A DNA stretch of 64,000 bases from Paragordius varius (lineage: Eukaryota; Animalia; Nematomorpha), in the NCBI GenBank assembly GCA_964247055.1, contig OZ176051.1, forward strand, positions 10,602,001-10,666,000, written 5' to 3'. The position numbers and the translations under genes were made by a program. Shown here piece after piece: positions 1-15,000 of this stretch; within the stretch, counting starts at the first letter, position 1, and every line of letters begins with the position of its first letter. Below the pieces are notes generated by a model. The model searched no databases. It worked only from the letters and a program-made list of their open reading frames with translations, and was not told the DNA's origin.

Positions 1-3000
1 GAAAAATCAGTTTTTAGCGGGTAGCTCCTTACCCAGCAGCTATCATCAAATAAACGGTGGACTATAATTTCTGCCTTTTAACAGGAAATACGTGGAATCT
101 TTATTGAATTTTTATGGTCTCATACCTAGGGCGAAAAATCGATTTAAAAAATTATTTTTGTGGACTTTGTTTTTTTTTTGAAAAAAATGGCATTTTACGG
201 GGGGAGCGGGTAAAAAGAGGGCCTAAATCAAAAAAGTGACTCGACTATGTTCGGCGCAATCGAAAATAAGTAAACAAAAATCATATTTGAAATTGAATGG
301 TCCAACACGTTCTCCAAAAAATTGACTTAACCCATTTTTCACACGGGGTGGGCCCAAACTGGGGACCTAATTCCAAAAAAGGGCGAAGCTATTGTCGGGG
401 CATTCATTAATTATTAAATTTTTTCGATGTTTGGATTTGAATGGGTTCACCGGTTTTCCGGAAACAGATCACAAAGTTATATGAAAAATCAGTTTTTAGC
501 GGGTAGCTCCTTACCCAGCAACTATCATCAAATAAACGGTGGACTATAATTTCTGCCTTTTAACAGGAAATACGTGGAATCTTTATTGAATTTTTACGGT
601 CTCATACCTAGGGCGAAAAATCGATTTAAAAAATTATTTTTGTGGACTTTGTTTTTTTTTTGAAAAAAATGGCATTTTACGGGGGGAGCGGGTAAAAAGA
701 GGGCCTAAATCAAAAAAGTGACTCGACTATGTTCGGCGCAATCGAAAATAAGTAAACAAAAATCATATTTGAAATTGAATGGTCCAACACGTTCTCCAAA
801 AAATTGACTTAACCCATTTTTCACACGGGGTGGGCCCAAACTGGGGACCTAATTCCAAAAGAAGCTATTGTCGGGGCATTCATTAATGATTAAATTTTTT
901 CGATGTTTGGATTTGAATGGGTTCACCGGTTTTCCGGAAACAGATCACAAAGTTATATGAAAAATCAGTTTTTAGCGGGTAGCTCCTTACCCAGCAACTA
1001 TCATCAAATAAACGGTGGACTATAATTTCTGCCTTTTAACAGGAAATACGTGGAATCTTTATTGAATTTTTATGGTCTCATACCTAGGGCGAAAAATCGA
1101 TTTAAAAAATTATTTTTGTGGACTTTTTTTTTTGAAAAAAATGGCATTTTACGGGGGGAGCGGGTAAAAAGAGGGCCTAAATCAAAAAAGTGACTCGACT
1201 ATGTTCGGCGCAATCGAAAATAAGTAAACAAAAATCATATTTGAAATTGAATGGTCCAACACGTTCTCCAAAAAATTGACTTAACCCATTTTTCACACGG
1301 GGTGGGCCCAAACTGGGGACCTAATTCCAAAAAAGGGCGAAGCTATTGTCGGGGCATTCATTAATGATTAAATTTTTTCGATGTTTGGATTTGAATGGGT
1401 TCACCGGTTTTCCGGAAACAGATCACAAAGTTATATGAAAAATCAGTTTTTAGCGGGTAGCTCCTTACCCAGCAGCTATCATCAAATAAACGGTGGACTA
1501 TAATTTCTGCCTTTTAACAGGAAATACGTGGATTCTTTATTGAATTTTTACGGTCTCATACCTAGGGCGAAAAATCGATTTAAAAAATTATTTTTGTGGA
1601 CTTTGTTTTTTTTTGAAAAAAATGGCATTTTACGGGGGGAGCGGGTAAAAAGAGGGCCTAAATCAAAAAAGTGACTCGACTATGTTCGGCGCAATCGAAA
1701 ATAAGTAAACAAAAATCATATTTGAAATTGAATGGTCCAACACGTTCTCCAAAAAATTGACTTAACCCATTTTTCACACGGGGTGGGCCCAAACTGGGGA
1801 CCTAATTCCAAAAAAGGGCGAAGCTATTGTCGGGGCATTCATTAATGATTAAATTTTTTCGATGTTTGGATTTGAATGGGTTCACCGGTTTTCCGGAAAC
1901 AGATCACAAAGTTATATGAAAAATCAGTTTTTAGCGGGTAGCTCCTTACCCAGCAGCTATCATCAAATAAACGGTGGACTATAATTTCTGCCTTTTAACA
2001 GGAAATACGTGGATTCTTTATTGAATTTTTACGGTCTCATACCTAGGGCGAAAAATCGATTTAAAAAATTATTTTTGTGGACTTTGTTTTTTTTTTGAAA
2101 AAAATGGCATTTTACGGGGGGAGCGGGTAAAAAGAGGGCCTAAATCAAAAAAGTGACTCGACTATGTTCGGCGCAATCGAAAATAAGTAAACAAAAATCA
2201 TATTTGAAATTGAATGGTCCAACACGTTCTCCAAAAAATTGACTTAACCCATTTTTCACACGGGGTGGGCCCAAACTGGGGACCTAATTCCAAAAAAGGG
2301 CGAAGCTATTGTCGGGGCATTCATTAATGATTAAATTTTTTCGATGTTTGGATTTGAATGGGTTCACCGGTTTTCCGGAAACAGATCACAAAGTTATATG
2401 AAAAATCAGTTTTTAGCGGGTAGCTCCTTACCCAGCAGCTATCATCAAATAAACGGTGGACTATAATTTCTGCCTTTTAACAGGAAATACGTGGAATCTT
2501 TATTGAATTTTTATGGTCTCATACCTAGGGCGAAAAATCGATTTAAAAAATTATTTTTGTGGACTTTGTTTTTTTTTTGAAAAAAATGGCATTTTACGGG
2601 GGGAGCGGGTAAAAAGAGGGCCTAAATCAAAAAAGTGACTCGACTATGTTCGGCGCAATCGAAAATAAGTAAACAAAAATCATATTTGAAATTGAATGGT
2701 CCAACACGTTCTCCAAAAAATTGACTTAACCCATTTTTCACACGGGGTGGGCCCAAACTGGGGACCTAATTCCAAAAAAGGGCGAAGCTATTGTCGGGGC
2801 ATTCATTAATTATTAAATTTTTTCGATGTTTGGATTTGAATGGGTTCACCGGTTTTCCGGAAACAGATCACAAAGTTATATGAAAAATCAGTTTTTAGCG
2901 GGTAGCTCCTTACCCAGCAACTATCATCAAATAAACGGTGGACTATAATTTCTGCCTTTTAACAGGAAATACGTGGAATCTTTATTGAATTTTTATGGTC

Positions 3001-6000
3001 TCATACCTAGGGCGAAAAATCGATTTAAAAAATTATTTTTGTGGACTTTTTTTTTTGAAAAAAATGGCATTTTACGGGGGGAGCGGGTAAAAAGAGGGCC
3101 TAAATCAAAAAAGTGACTCGACTATGTTCGGCGCAATCGAAAATAAGTAAACAAAAATCATATTTGAAATTGAATGGTCCAACACGTTCTCCAAAAAATT
3201 GACTTAACCCATTTTTCACACGGGGTGGGCCCAAACTGGGGACCTAATTCCAAAAAAGGGCGAAGCTATTGTCGGGGCATTCATTAATGATTAAATTTTT
3301 TCGATGTTTGGATTTGAATGGGTTCACCGGTTTTCCGGAAACAGATCACAAAGTTATATGAAAAATCAGTTTTTAGCGGGTAGCTCCTTACCCAGCAGCT
3401 ATCATCAAATAAACGGTGGACTATAATTTCTGCCTTTTAACAGGAAATACGTGGATTCTTTATTGAATTTTTACGGTCTCATACCTAGGGCGAAAAATCG
3501 ATTTAAAAAATTATTTTTGTGGACTTTGTTTTTTTTTGAAAAAAATGGCATTTTACGGGGGGAGCGGGTAAAAAGAGGGCCTAAATCAAAAAAGTGACTC
3601 GACTATGTTCGGCGCAATCGAAAATAAGTAAACAAAAATCATATTTGAAATTGAATGGTCCAACACGTTCTCCAAAAAATTGACTTAACCCATTTTTCAC
3701 ACGGGGTGGGCCCAAACTGGGGACCTAATTCCAAAAAAGGGCGAAGCTATTGTCGGGGCATTCATTAATGATTAAATTTTTTCGATGTTTGGATTTGAAT
3801 GGGTTCACCGGTTTTCCGGAAACAGATCACAAAGTTATATGAAAAATCAGTTTTTAGCGGGTAGCTCCTTACCCAGCAGCTATCATCAAATAAACGGTGG
3901 ACTATAATTTCTGCCTTTTAACAGGAAATACGTGGATTCTTTATTGAATTTTTACGGTCTCATACCTAGGGCGAAAAATCGATTTAAAAAATTATTTTTG
4001 TGGACTTTGTTTTTTTTTTGAAAAAAATGGCATTTTACGGGGGGAGCGGGTAAAAAGAGGGCCTAAATCAAAAAAGTGACTCGACTATGTTCGGCGCAAT
4101 CGAAAATAAGTAAACAAAAATCATATTTGAAATTGAATGGTCCAACACGTTCTCCAAAAAATTGACTTAACCCATTTTTCACACGGGGTGGGCCCAAACT
4201 GGGGACCTAATTCCAAAAAAGGGCGAAGCTATTGTCGGGGCATTCATTAATGATTAAATTTTTTCGATGTTTGGATTTGAATGGGTTCACCGGTTTTCCG
4301 GAAACAGATCACAAAGTTATATGAAAAATCAGTTTTTAGCGGGTAGCTCCTTACCCAGCAGCTATCATCAAATAAACGGTGGACTATAATTTCTGCCTTT
4401 TAACAGGAAATACGTGGATTCTTTATTGAATTTTTACGGTCTCATACCTAGGGCGAAAAATCGATTTAAAAAATTATTTTTGTGGACTTTGTTTTTTTTT
4501 TGAAAAAAATGGCATTTTACGGGGGGAGCGGGTAAAAAGAGGGCCTAAATCAAAAAAGTGACTCGACTATGTTCGGCGCAATCGAAAATAAGTAAACAAA
4601 AATCATATTTGAAATTGAATGGTCCAACACGTTCTCCAAAAAATTGACTTAACCCATTTTTCACACGGGGTGGGCCCAAACTGGGGACCTAATTCCAAAA
4701 AAGGGCGAAGCTATTGTCGGGGCATTCATTAATGATTAAATTTTTTCGATGTTTGGATTTGAATGGGTTCACCGGTTTTCCGGAAACAGATCACAAAGTT
4801 ATATGAAAAATCAGTTTTTAGCGGGTAGCTCCTTACCCAGCAGCTATCATCAAATAAACGGTGGACTATAATTTCTGCCTTTTAACAGGAAATACGTGGA
4901 TTCTTTATTGAATTTTTACGGTCTCATACCTAGGGCGAAAAATCGATTTAAAAAATTATTTTTGTGGACTTTGTTTTTTTTTTGAAAAAAATGGCATTTT
5001 ACGGGGGGAGCGGGTAAAAAGAGGGCCTAAATCAAAAAAGTGACTCGACTATGTTCGGCGCAATCGAAAATAAGTAAACAAAAATCATATTTGAAATTGA
5101 ATGGTCCAACACGTTCTCCAAAAAATTGACTTAACCCATTTTTCACACGGGGTGGGCCCAAACTGGGGACCTAATTCCAAAAAAGGGCGAAGCTATTGTC
5201 GGGGCATTCATTAATGATTAAATTTTTTCGATGTTTGGATTTGAATGGGTTCACCGGTTTTCCGGAAACAGATCACAAAGTTATATGAAAAATCAGTTTT
5301 TAGCGGGTAGCTCCTTACCCAGCAGCTATCATCAAATAAACGGTGGACTATAATTTCTGCCTTTTAACAGGAAATACGTGGATTCTTTATTGAATTTTTA
5401 CGGTCTCATACCTAGGGCGAAAAATCGATTTAAAAAATTATTTTTGTGGACTTTGTTTTTTTTTGAAAAAAATGGCATTTTACGGCGGGAGCGGGTAAAA
5501 AGAGGGCCTAAATCAAAAAAGTGACTCGACTATGTTCGGCGCAATCGAAAATAAGTAAACAAAAATCATATTTGAAATTGAATGGTCCAACACGTTCTCC
5601 AAAAAATTGACTTAACCCATTTTTCACACGGGGTGGGCCCAAACTGGGGACCTAATTCCAAAAAAGGGCGAAGCTATTGTCGGGGCATTCATTAATGATT
5701 AAATTTTTTCGATGTTTGGATTTGAATGGGTTCACCGGTTTTCCGGAAACAGATCACAAAGTTATATGAAAAATCAGTTTTTAGCGGGTAGCTCCTTACC
5801 CAGCAGCTATCATCAAATAAACGGTGGACTATAATTTCTGCCTTTTAACAGGAAATACGTGGATTCTTTATTGAATTTTTACGGTCTCATACCTAGGGCG
5901 AAAAATCGATTTAAAAAATTATTTTTGTGGACTTTGTTTTTTTTTTGAAAAAAATGGCATTTTACGGGGGGAGCGGGTAAAAAGAGGGCCTAAATCAAAA

Positions 6001-9000
6001 AAGTGACTCGACTATGTTCGGCGCAATCGAAAATAAGTAAACAAAAATCATATTTGAAATTGAATGGTCCAACACGTTCTCCAAAAAATTGACTTAACCC
6101 ATTTTTCACACGGGGTGGGCCCAAACTGGGGACCTAATTCCAAAAAAGGGCGAAGCTATTGTCGGGGCATTCATTAATGATTAAATTTTTTCGATGTTTG
6201 GATTTGAATGGGTTCACCGGTTTTCCGGAAACAGATCACAAAGTTATATGAAAAATCAGTTTTTAGCGGGTAGCTCCTTACCCAGCAGCTATCATCAAAT
6301 AAACGGTGGACTATAATTTCTGCCTTTTAACAGGAAATACGTGGATTCTTTATTGAATTTTTACGGTCTCATACCTAGGGCGAAAAATCGATTTAAAAAA
6401 TTATTTTTGTGGACTTTGTTTTTTTTTTGAAAAAAATGGCATTTTACGGGGGGAGCGGGTAAAAAGAGGGCCTAAATCAAAAAAGTGACTCGACTATGTT
6501 CGGCGCAATCGAAAATAAGTAAACAAAAATCATATTTGAAATTGAATGGTCCAACACGTTCTCCAAAAAATTGACTTAACCCATTTTTCACATGGGGTGG
6601 GCCCAAACTGGGGACCTAATTCCAAAAAAGGGCGAAGCTATTGTCGGGGCATTCATTAATTATTAAATTTTTTCGATGTTTGGATTTGAATGGGTTCACC
6701 GGTTTTCCGGAAACAGATCACAAAGTTATATGAAAAATCAGTTTTTAGCGGGTAGCTCCTTACCCAGCAGCTATCATCAAATAAACGGTGGACTATAATT
6801 TCTGCCTTTTAACAGGAAATACGTGGATTCTTTATTGAATTTTTACGGTCTCATACCTAGGGCGAAAAATCGATTTAAAAAATTATTTTTGTGGACTTTG
6901 TTTTTTTTTTGAAAAAAATGGCATTTTACGGGGGGAGCGGGTAAAAAGAGGGCCTAAATCAAAAAAGTGACTCGACTATGTTCGGCGCAATCGAAAATAA
7001 GTAAACAAAAATCATATTTGAAATTGAATGGTCCAACACGTTCTCCAAAAAATTGACTTAACCCATTTTTCACACGGGGTGGGCCCAAACTGGGGACCTA
7101 ATTCCAAAAAAGGGCGAAGCTATTGTCGGGGCATTCATTAATGATTAAATTTTTTCGATGTTTGGATTTGAATGGGTTCACCGGTTTTCCGGAAACAGAT
7201 CACAAAGTTATATGAAAAATCAGTTTTTAGCGGGTAGCTCCTTACCCAGCAGCTATCATCAAATAAACGGTGGACTATAATTTCTGCCTTTTAACAGGAA
7301 ATACGTGGATTCTTTATTGAATTTTTACGGTCTCATACCTAGGGCGAAAAATCGATTTAAAAAATTATTTTTGTGGACTTTGTTTTTTTTTGAAAAAAAT
7401 GGCATTTTACGGCGGGAGCGGGTAAAAAGAGGGCCTAAATCAAAAAAGTGACTCGACTATGTTCGGCGCAATCGAAAATAAGTAAACAAAAATCATATTT
7501 GAAATTGAATGGTCCAACACGTTCTCCAAAAAATTGACTTAACCCATTTTTCACACGGGGTGGGCCCAAACTGGGGACCTAATTCCAAAAAAGGGCGAAG
7601 CTATTGTCGGGGCATTCATTAATGATTAAATTTTTTCGATGTTTGGATTTGAATGGGTTCACCGGTTTTCCGGAAACAGATCACAAAGTTATATGAAAAA
7701 TCAGTTTTTAGCGGGTAGCTCCTTACCCAGCAGCTATCATCAAATAAACGGTGGACTATAATTTCTGCCTTTTAACAGGAAATACGTGGATTCTTTATTG
7801 AATTTTTACGGTCTCATACCTAGGGCGAAAAATCGATTTAAAAAATTATTTTTGTGGACTTTGTTTTTTTTTTGAAAAAAATGGCATTTTACGGGGGGAG
7901 CGGGTAAAAAGAGGGCCTAAATCAAAAAAGTGACTCGACTATGTTCGGCGCAATCGAAAATAAGTAAACAAAAATCATATTTGAAATTGAATGGTCCAAC
8001 ACGTTCTCCAAAAAATTGACTTAACCCATTTTTCACATGGGGTGGGCCCAAACTGGGGACCTAATTCCAAAAAAGGGCGAAGCTATTGTCGGGGCATTCA
8101 TTAATTATTAAATTTTTTCGATGTTTGGATTTGAATGGGTTCACCGGTTTTCCGGAAACAGATCACAAAGTTATATGAAAAATCAGTTTTTAGCGGGTAG
8201 CTCCTTACCCAGCAGCTATCATCAAATAAACGGTGGACTATAATTTCTGCCTTTTAACAGGAAATACGTGGATTCTTTATTGAATTTTTACGGTCTCATA
8301 CCTAGGGCGAAAAATCGATTTAAAAAATTATTTTTGTGGACTTTGTTTTTTTTTTGAAAAAAATGGCATTTTACGGGGGGAGCGGGTAAAAAGAGGGCCT
8401 AAATCAAAAAAGTGACTCGACTATGTTCGGCGCAATCGAAAATAAGTAAACAAAAATCATATTTGAAATTGAATGGTCCAACACGTTCTCCAAAAAATTG
8501 ACTTAACCCATTTTTCACACGGGGTGGGCCCAAACTGGGGACCTAATTCCAAAAAAGGGCGAAGCTATTGTCGGGGCATTCATTAATGATTAAATTTTTT
8601 CGATGTTTGGATTTGAATGGGTTCACCGGTTTTCCGGAAACAGATCACAAAGTTATATGAAAAATCAGTTTTTAGCGGGTAGCTCCTTACCCAGCAGCTA
8701 TCATCAAATAAACGGTGGACTATAATTTCTGCCTTTTAACAGGAAATACGTGGATTCTTTATTGAATTTTTACGGTCTCATACCTAGGGCGAAAAATCGA
8801 TTTAAAAAATTATTTTTGTGGACTTTGTTTTTTTTTGAAAAAAATGGCATTTTACGGCGGGAGCGGGTAAAAAGAGGGCCTAAATCAAAAAAGTGACTCG
8901 ACTATGTTCGGCGCAATCGAAAATAAGTAAACAAAAATCATATTTGAAATTGAATGGTCCAACACGTTCTCCAAAAAATTGACTTAACCCATTTTTCACA

Positions 9001-12000
9001 CGGGGTGGGCCCAAACTGGGGACCTAATTCCAAAAAAGGGCGAAGCTATTGTCGGGGCATTCATTAATGATTAAATTTTTTCGATGTTTGGATTTGAATG
9101 GGTTCACCGGTTTTCCGGAAACAGATCACAAAGTTATATGAAAAATCAGTTTTTAGCGGGTAGCTCCTTACCCAGCAGCTATCATCAAATAAACGGTGGA
9201 CTATAATTTCTGCCTTTTAACAGGAAATACGTGGAATCTTTATTGAATTTTTATGGTCTCATACCTAGGGCGAAAAATCGATTTAAAAAATTATTTTTGT
9301 GGACTTTGTTTTTTTTTTGAAAAAAATGGCATTTTACGGGGGGAGCGGGTAAAAAGAGGGCCTAAATCAAAAAAGTGACTCGACTATGTTCGGCGCAATC
9401 GAAAATAAGTAAACAAAAATCATATTTGAAATTGAATGGTCCAACACGTTCTCCAAAAAATTGACTTAACCCATTTTTCACACGGGGTGGGCCCAAACTG
9501 GGGACCTAATTCCAAAAAAGGGCGAAGCTATTGTCGGGGCATTCATTAATGATTAAATTTTTTCGATGTTTGGATTTGAATGGGTTCACCGGTTTTCCGG
9601 AAACAGATCACAAAGTTATATGAAAAATCAGTTTTTAGCGGGTAGCTCCTTACCCAGCAGCTATCATCAAATAAACGGTGGACTATAATTTCTGCCTTTT
9701 AACAGGAAATACGTGGAATCTTTATTGAATTTTTATGGTCTCATACCTAGGGCGAAAAATCGATTTAAAAAATTATTTTTGTGGACTTTGTTTTTTTTTT
9801 GAAAAAAATGGCATTTTACGGGGGGAGCGGGTAAAAAGAGGGCCTAAATCAAAAAAGTGACTCGACTATGTTCGGCGCAATCGAAAATAAGTAAACAAAA
9901 ATCATATTTGAAATTGAATGGTCCAACACGTTCTCCAAAAAATTGACTTAACCCATTTTTCACACGGGGTGGGCCCAAACTGGGGACCTAATTCCAAAAA
10001 AGGGCGAAGCTATTGTCGGGGCATTCATTAATGATTAAATTTTTTCGATGTTTGGATTTGAATGGGTTCACCGGTTTTCCGGAAACAGATCACAAAGTTA
10101 TATGAAAAATCAGTTTTTAGCGGGTAGCTCCTTACCCAGCAGCTATCATCAAATAAACGGTGGACTATAATTTCTGCCTTTTAACAGGAAATACGTGGAT
10201 TCTTTATTGAATTTTTACGGTCTCATACCTAGGGCGAAAAATCGATTTAAAAAATTATTTTTGTGGACTTTGTTTTTTTTTGAAAAAAATGGCATTTTAC
10301 GGCGGGAGCGGGTAAAAAGAGGGCCTAAATCAAAAAAGTGACTCGACTATGTTCGGCGCAATCGAAAATAAGTAAACAAAAATCATATTTGAAATTGAAT
10401 GGTCCAACACGTTCTCCAAAAAATTGACTTAACCCATTTTTCACACGGGGTGGGCCCAAACTGGGGACCTAATTCCAAAAAAGGGCGAAGCTATTGTCGG
10501 GGCATTCATTAATGATTAAATTTTTTCGATGTTTGGATTTGAATGGGTTCACCGGTTTTCCGGAAACAGATCACAAAGTTATATGAAAAATCAGTTTTTA
10601 GCGGGTAGCTCCTTACCCAGCAGCTATCATCAAATAAACGGTGGACTATAATTTCTGCCTTTTAACAGGAAATACGTGGAATCTTTATTGAATTTTTATG
10701 GTCTCATACCTAGGGCGAAAAATCGATTTAAAAAATTATTTTTGTGGACTTTGTTTTTTTTTTGAAAAAAATGGCATTTTACGGGGGGAGCGGGTAAAAA
10801 GAGGGCCTAAATCAAAAAAGTGACTCGACTATGTTCGGCGCAATCGAAAATAAGTAAACAAAAATCATATTTGAAATTGAATGGTCCAACACGTTCTCCA
10901 AAAAATTGACTTAACCCATTTTTCACACGGGGTGGGCCCAAACTGGGGACCTAATTCCAAAAAAGGGCGAAGCTATTGTCGGGGCATTCATTAATGATTA
11001 AATTTTTTCGATGTTTGGATTTGAATGGGTTCACCGGTTTTCCGGAAACAGATCACAAAGTTATATGAAAAATCAGTTTTTAGCGGGTAGCTCCTTACCC
11101 AGCAGCTATCATCAAATAAACGGTGGACTATAATTTCTGCCTTTTAACAGGAAATACGTGGAATCTTTATTGAATTTTTACGGTCTCATACCTAGGGCGA
11201 AAAATCGATTTAAAAAATTATTTTTGTGGACTTTGTTTTTTTTTTGAAAAAAATGGCATTTTACGGGGGGAGCGGGTAAAAAGAGGGCCTAAATCAAAAA
11301 AGTGACTCGACTATGTTCGGCGCAATCGAAAATAAGTAAACAAAAATCATATTTGAAATTGAATGGTCCAACACGTTCTCCAAAAAATTGACTTAACCCA
11401 TTTTTCACACGGGGTGGGCCCAAACTGGGGACCTAATTCCAAAAAAGGGCGAAGCTATTGTCGGGGCATTCATTAATGATTAAATTTTTTCGATGTTTGG
11501 ATTTGAATGGGTTCACCGGTTTTCCGGAAACAGATCACAAAGTTATATGAAAAATCAGTTTTTAGCGGGTAGCTCCTTACCCAGCAGCTATCATCAAATA
11601 AACGGTGGACTATAATTTCTGCCTTTTAACAGGAAATACGTGGAATCTTTATTGAATTTTTACGGTCTCATACCTAGGGCGAAAAATCGATTTAAAAAAT
11701 TATTTTTGTGGACTTTGTTTTTTTTTTGAAAAAAATGGCATTTTACGGGGGGAGCGGGTAAAAAGAGGGCCTAAATCAAAAAAGTGACTCGACTATGTTC
11801 GGCGCAATCGAAAATAAGTAAACAAAAATCATATTTGAAATTGAATGGTCCAACACGTTCTCCAAAAAATTGACTTAACCCATTTTTCACACGGGGTGGG
11901 CCCAAACTGGGGACCTAATTCCAAAAAAGGGCGAAGCTATTGTCGGGGCATTCATTAATGATTAAATTTTTTCGATGTTTGGATTTGAATGGGTTCACCG

Positions 12001-15000
12001 GTTTTCCGGAAACAGATCACAAAGTTATATGAAAAATCAGTTTTTAGCGGGTAGCTCCTTACCCAGCAGCTATCATCAAATAAACGGTGGACTATAATTT
12101 TTGCCTTTTAACAGGAAATACGTGGAATCTTTATTGAATTTTTTCGGTCTCATACCTAGGGCGAAAAATCGATTTAAAAAATTATTTTTGTGGACTTTTT
12201 TTTTTTTGAAAAAAATGGCATTTTACGGGGGGAGCGGGTAAAAAGTGGGCCTAAATCAAAAAAGTGACTCGACTATGTTCGGCGCAATCGAAAATAAGTA
12301 AACAAAAATCATATTTGAAATTGAATGGTCCAACACGTTCTCCAAAAAATTGACTTAACCCATTTTTCACACGGGGTGGGCCCAAACTGGGGACCTAATT
12401 CCAAAAAAGGGCGAAGCTATTGTCGGGGCATTCATTAATGATTAAATTTTTTCGATGTTTGGATTTGAATGGGTTCACCGGTTTTCCGGAAACAGATCAC
12501 AAAGTTATATGAAAAATCAGTTTTTAGCGGGTAGCTCCTTACCCAGCAGCTATCATCAAATAAACGGTGGACTATAATTTCTGCCTTTTAACAGGAAATA
12601 CGTGGATTCTTTATTGAATTTTTACGGTCTCATACCTAGGGCGAAAAATCGATTTAAAAAATTATTTTTGTGGACTTTGTTTTTTTTTGAAAAAAATGGC
12701 ATTTTACGGCGGGAGCGGGTAAAAAGAGGGCCTAAATCAAAAAAGTGACTCGACTATGTTCGGCGCAATCGTAAATAAGTAAACAAAAATCATATTTGAA
12801 ATTGAATGGTCCAACACGTTCTCCAAAAAATTGACTTAACCCATTTTTCACACGGGGTGGGCCCAAACTGGGGACCTAATTCCAAAAAAGGGCGAAGCTA
12901 TTGTCGGGGCATTCATTAATGATTAAATTTTTTCGATGTTTGGATTTGAATGGGTTCACCGGTTTTCCGGAAACAGATCACAAAGTTATATGAAAAATCA
13001 GTTTTTAGCGGGTAGCTCCTTACCCAGCAACTATCATCAAATAAACGGTGGACTATAATTTCTGCCTTTTAACAGGAAATACGTGGAATCTTTATTGAAT
13101 TTTTATGGTCTCATACCTAGGGCGAAAAATCGATTTAAAAAATTATTTTTGTGGACTTTTTTTTTTGAAAAAAATGGCATTTTACGGGGGGAGCGGGTAA
13201 AAAGAGGGCCTAAATCAAAAAAGTGACTCGACTATGTTCGGCGCAATCGAAAATAAGTAAACAAAAATCATATTTGAAATTGAATGGTCCAACACGTTCT
13301 CCAAAAAATTGACTTAACCCATTTTTCACACGGGGTGGGCCCAAACTGGGGACCTAATTCCAAAAAAGGGCGAAGCTATTGTCGGGGCATTCATTAATGA
13401 TTAAATTTTTTCGATGTTTGGATTTGAATGGGTTCACCGGTTTTCCGGAAACAGATCACAAAGTTATATGAAAAATCAGTTTTTAGCGGGTAGCTCCTTA
13501 CCCAGCAGCTATCATCAAATAAACGGTGGACTATAATTTCTGCCTTTTAACAGGAAATACGTGGAATCTTTATTGAATTTTTATGGTCTCATACCTAGGG
13601 CGAAAAATCGATTTAAAAAATTATTTTTGTGGACTTTGTTTTTTTTTTGAAAAAAATGGCATTTTACGGGGGGAGCGGGTAAAAAGAGGGCCTAAATCAA
13701 AAAAGTGACTCGACTATGTTCGGCGCAATCGAAAATAAGTAAACAAAAATCATATTTGAAATTGAATGGTCCAACACGTTCTCCAAAAAATTGACTTAAC
13801 CCATTTTTCACACGGGGTGGGCCCAAACTGGGGACCTAATTCCAAAAAAGGGCGAAGCTATTGTCGGGGCATTCATTAATGATTAAATTTTTTCGATGTT
13901 TGGATTTGAATGGGTTCACCGGTTTTCCGGAAACAGATCACAAAGTTATATGAAAAATCAGTTTTTAGCGGGTAGCTCCTTACCCAGCAGCTATCATCAA
14001 ATAAACGGTGGACTATAATTTCTGCCTTTTAACAGGAAATACGTGGAATCTTTATTGAATTTTTATGGTCTCATACCTAGGGCGAAAAATCGATTTAAAA
14101 AATTATTTTTGTGGACTTTGTTTTTTTTTTGAAAAAAATGGCATTTTACGGGGGGAGCGGGTAAAAAGAGGGCCTAAATCAAAAAAGTGACTCGACTATG
14201 TTCGGCGCAATCGAAAATAAGTAAACAAAAATCATATTTGAAATTGAATGGTCCAACACGTTCTCCAAAAAATTGACTTAACCCATTTTTCACACGGGGT
14301 GGGCCCAAACTGGGGACCTAATTCCAAAAAAGGGCGAAGCTATTGTCGGGGCATTCATTAATGATTAAATTTTTTCGATGTTTGGATTTGAATGGGTTCA
14401 CCGGTTTTCCGGAAACAGATCACAAAGTTATATGAAAAATCAGTTTTTAGCGGGTAGCTCCTTACCCAGCAGCTATCATCAAATAAACGGTGGACTATAA
14501 TTTCTGCCTTTTAACAGGAAATACGTGGAATCTTTATTGAATTTTTACGGTCTCATACCTAGGGCGAAAAATCGATTTAAAAAATTATTTTTGTGGACTT
14601 TGTTTTTTTTTTGAAAAAAATGGCATTTTACGGGGGGAGCGGGTAAAAAGAGGGCCTAAATCAAAAAAGTGACTCGACTATGTTCGGCGCAATCGAAAAT
14701 AAGTAAACAAAAATCATATTTGAAATTGAATGGTCCAACACGTTCTCCAAAAAATTGACTTAACCCATTTTTCACACGGGGTGGGCCCAAACTGGGGACC
14801 TAATTCCAAAAAAGGGCGAAGCTATTGTCGGGGCATTCATTAATGATTAAATTTTTTCGATGTTTGGATTTGAATGGGTTCACCGGTTTTCCGGAAACAG
14901 ATCACAAAGTTATATGAAAAATCAGTTTTTAGCGGGTAGCTCCTTACCCAGCAGCTATCATCAAATAAACGGTGGACTATAATTTCTGCCTTTTAACAGG

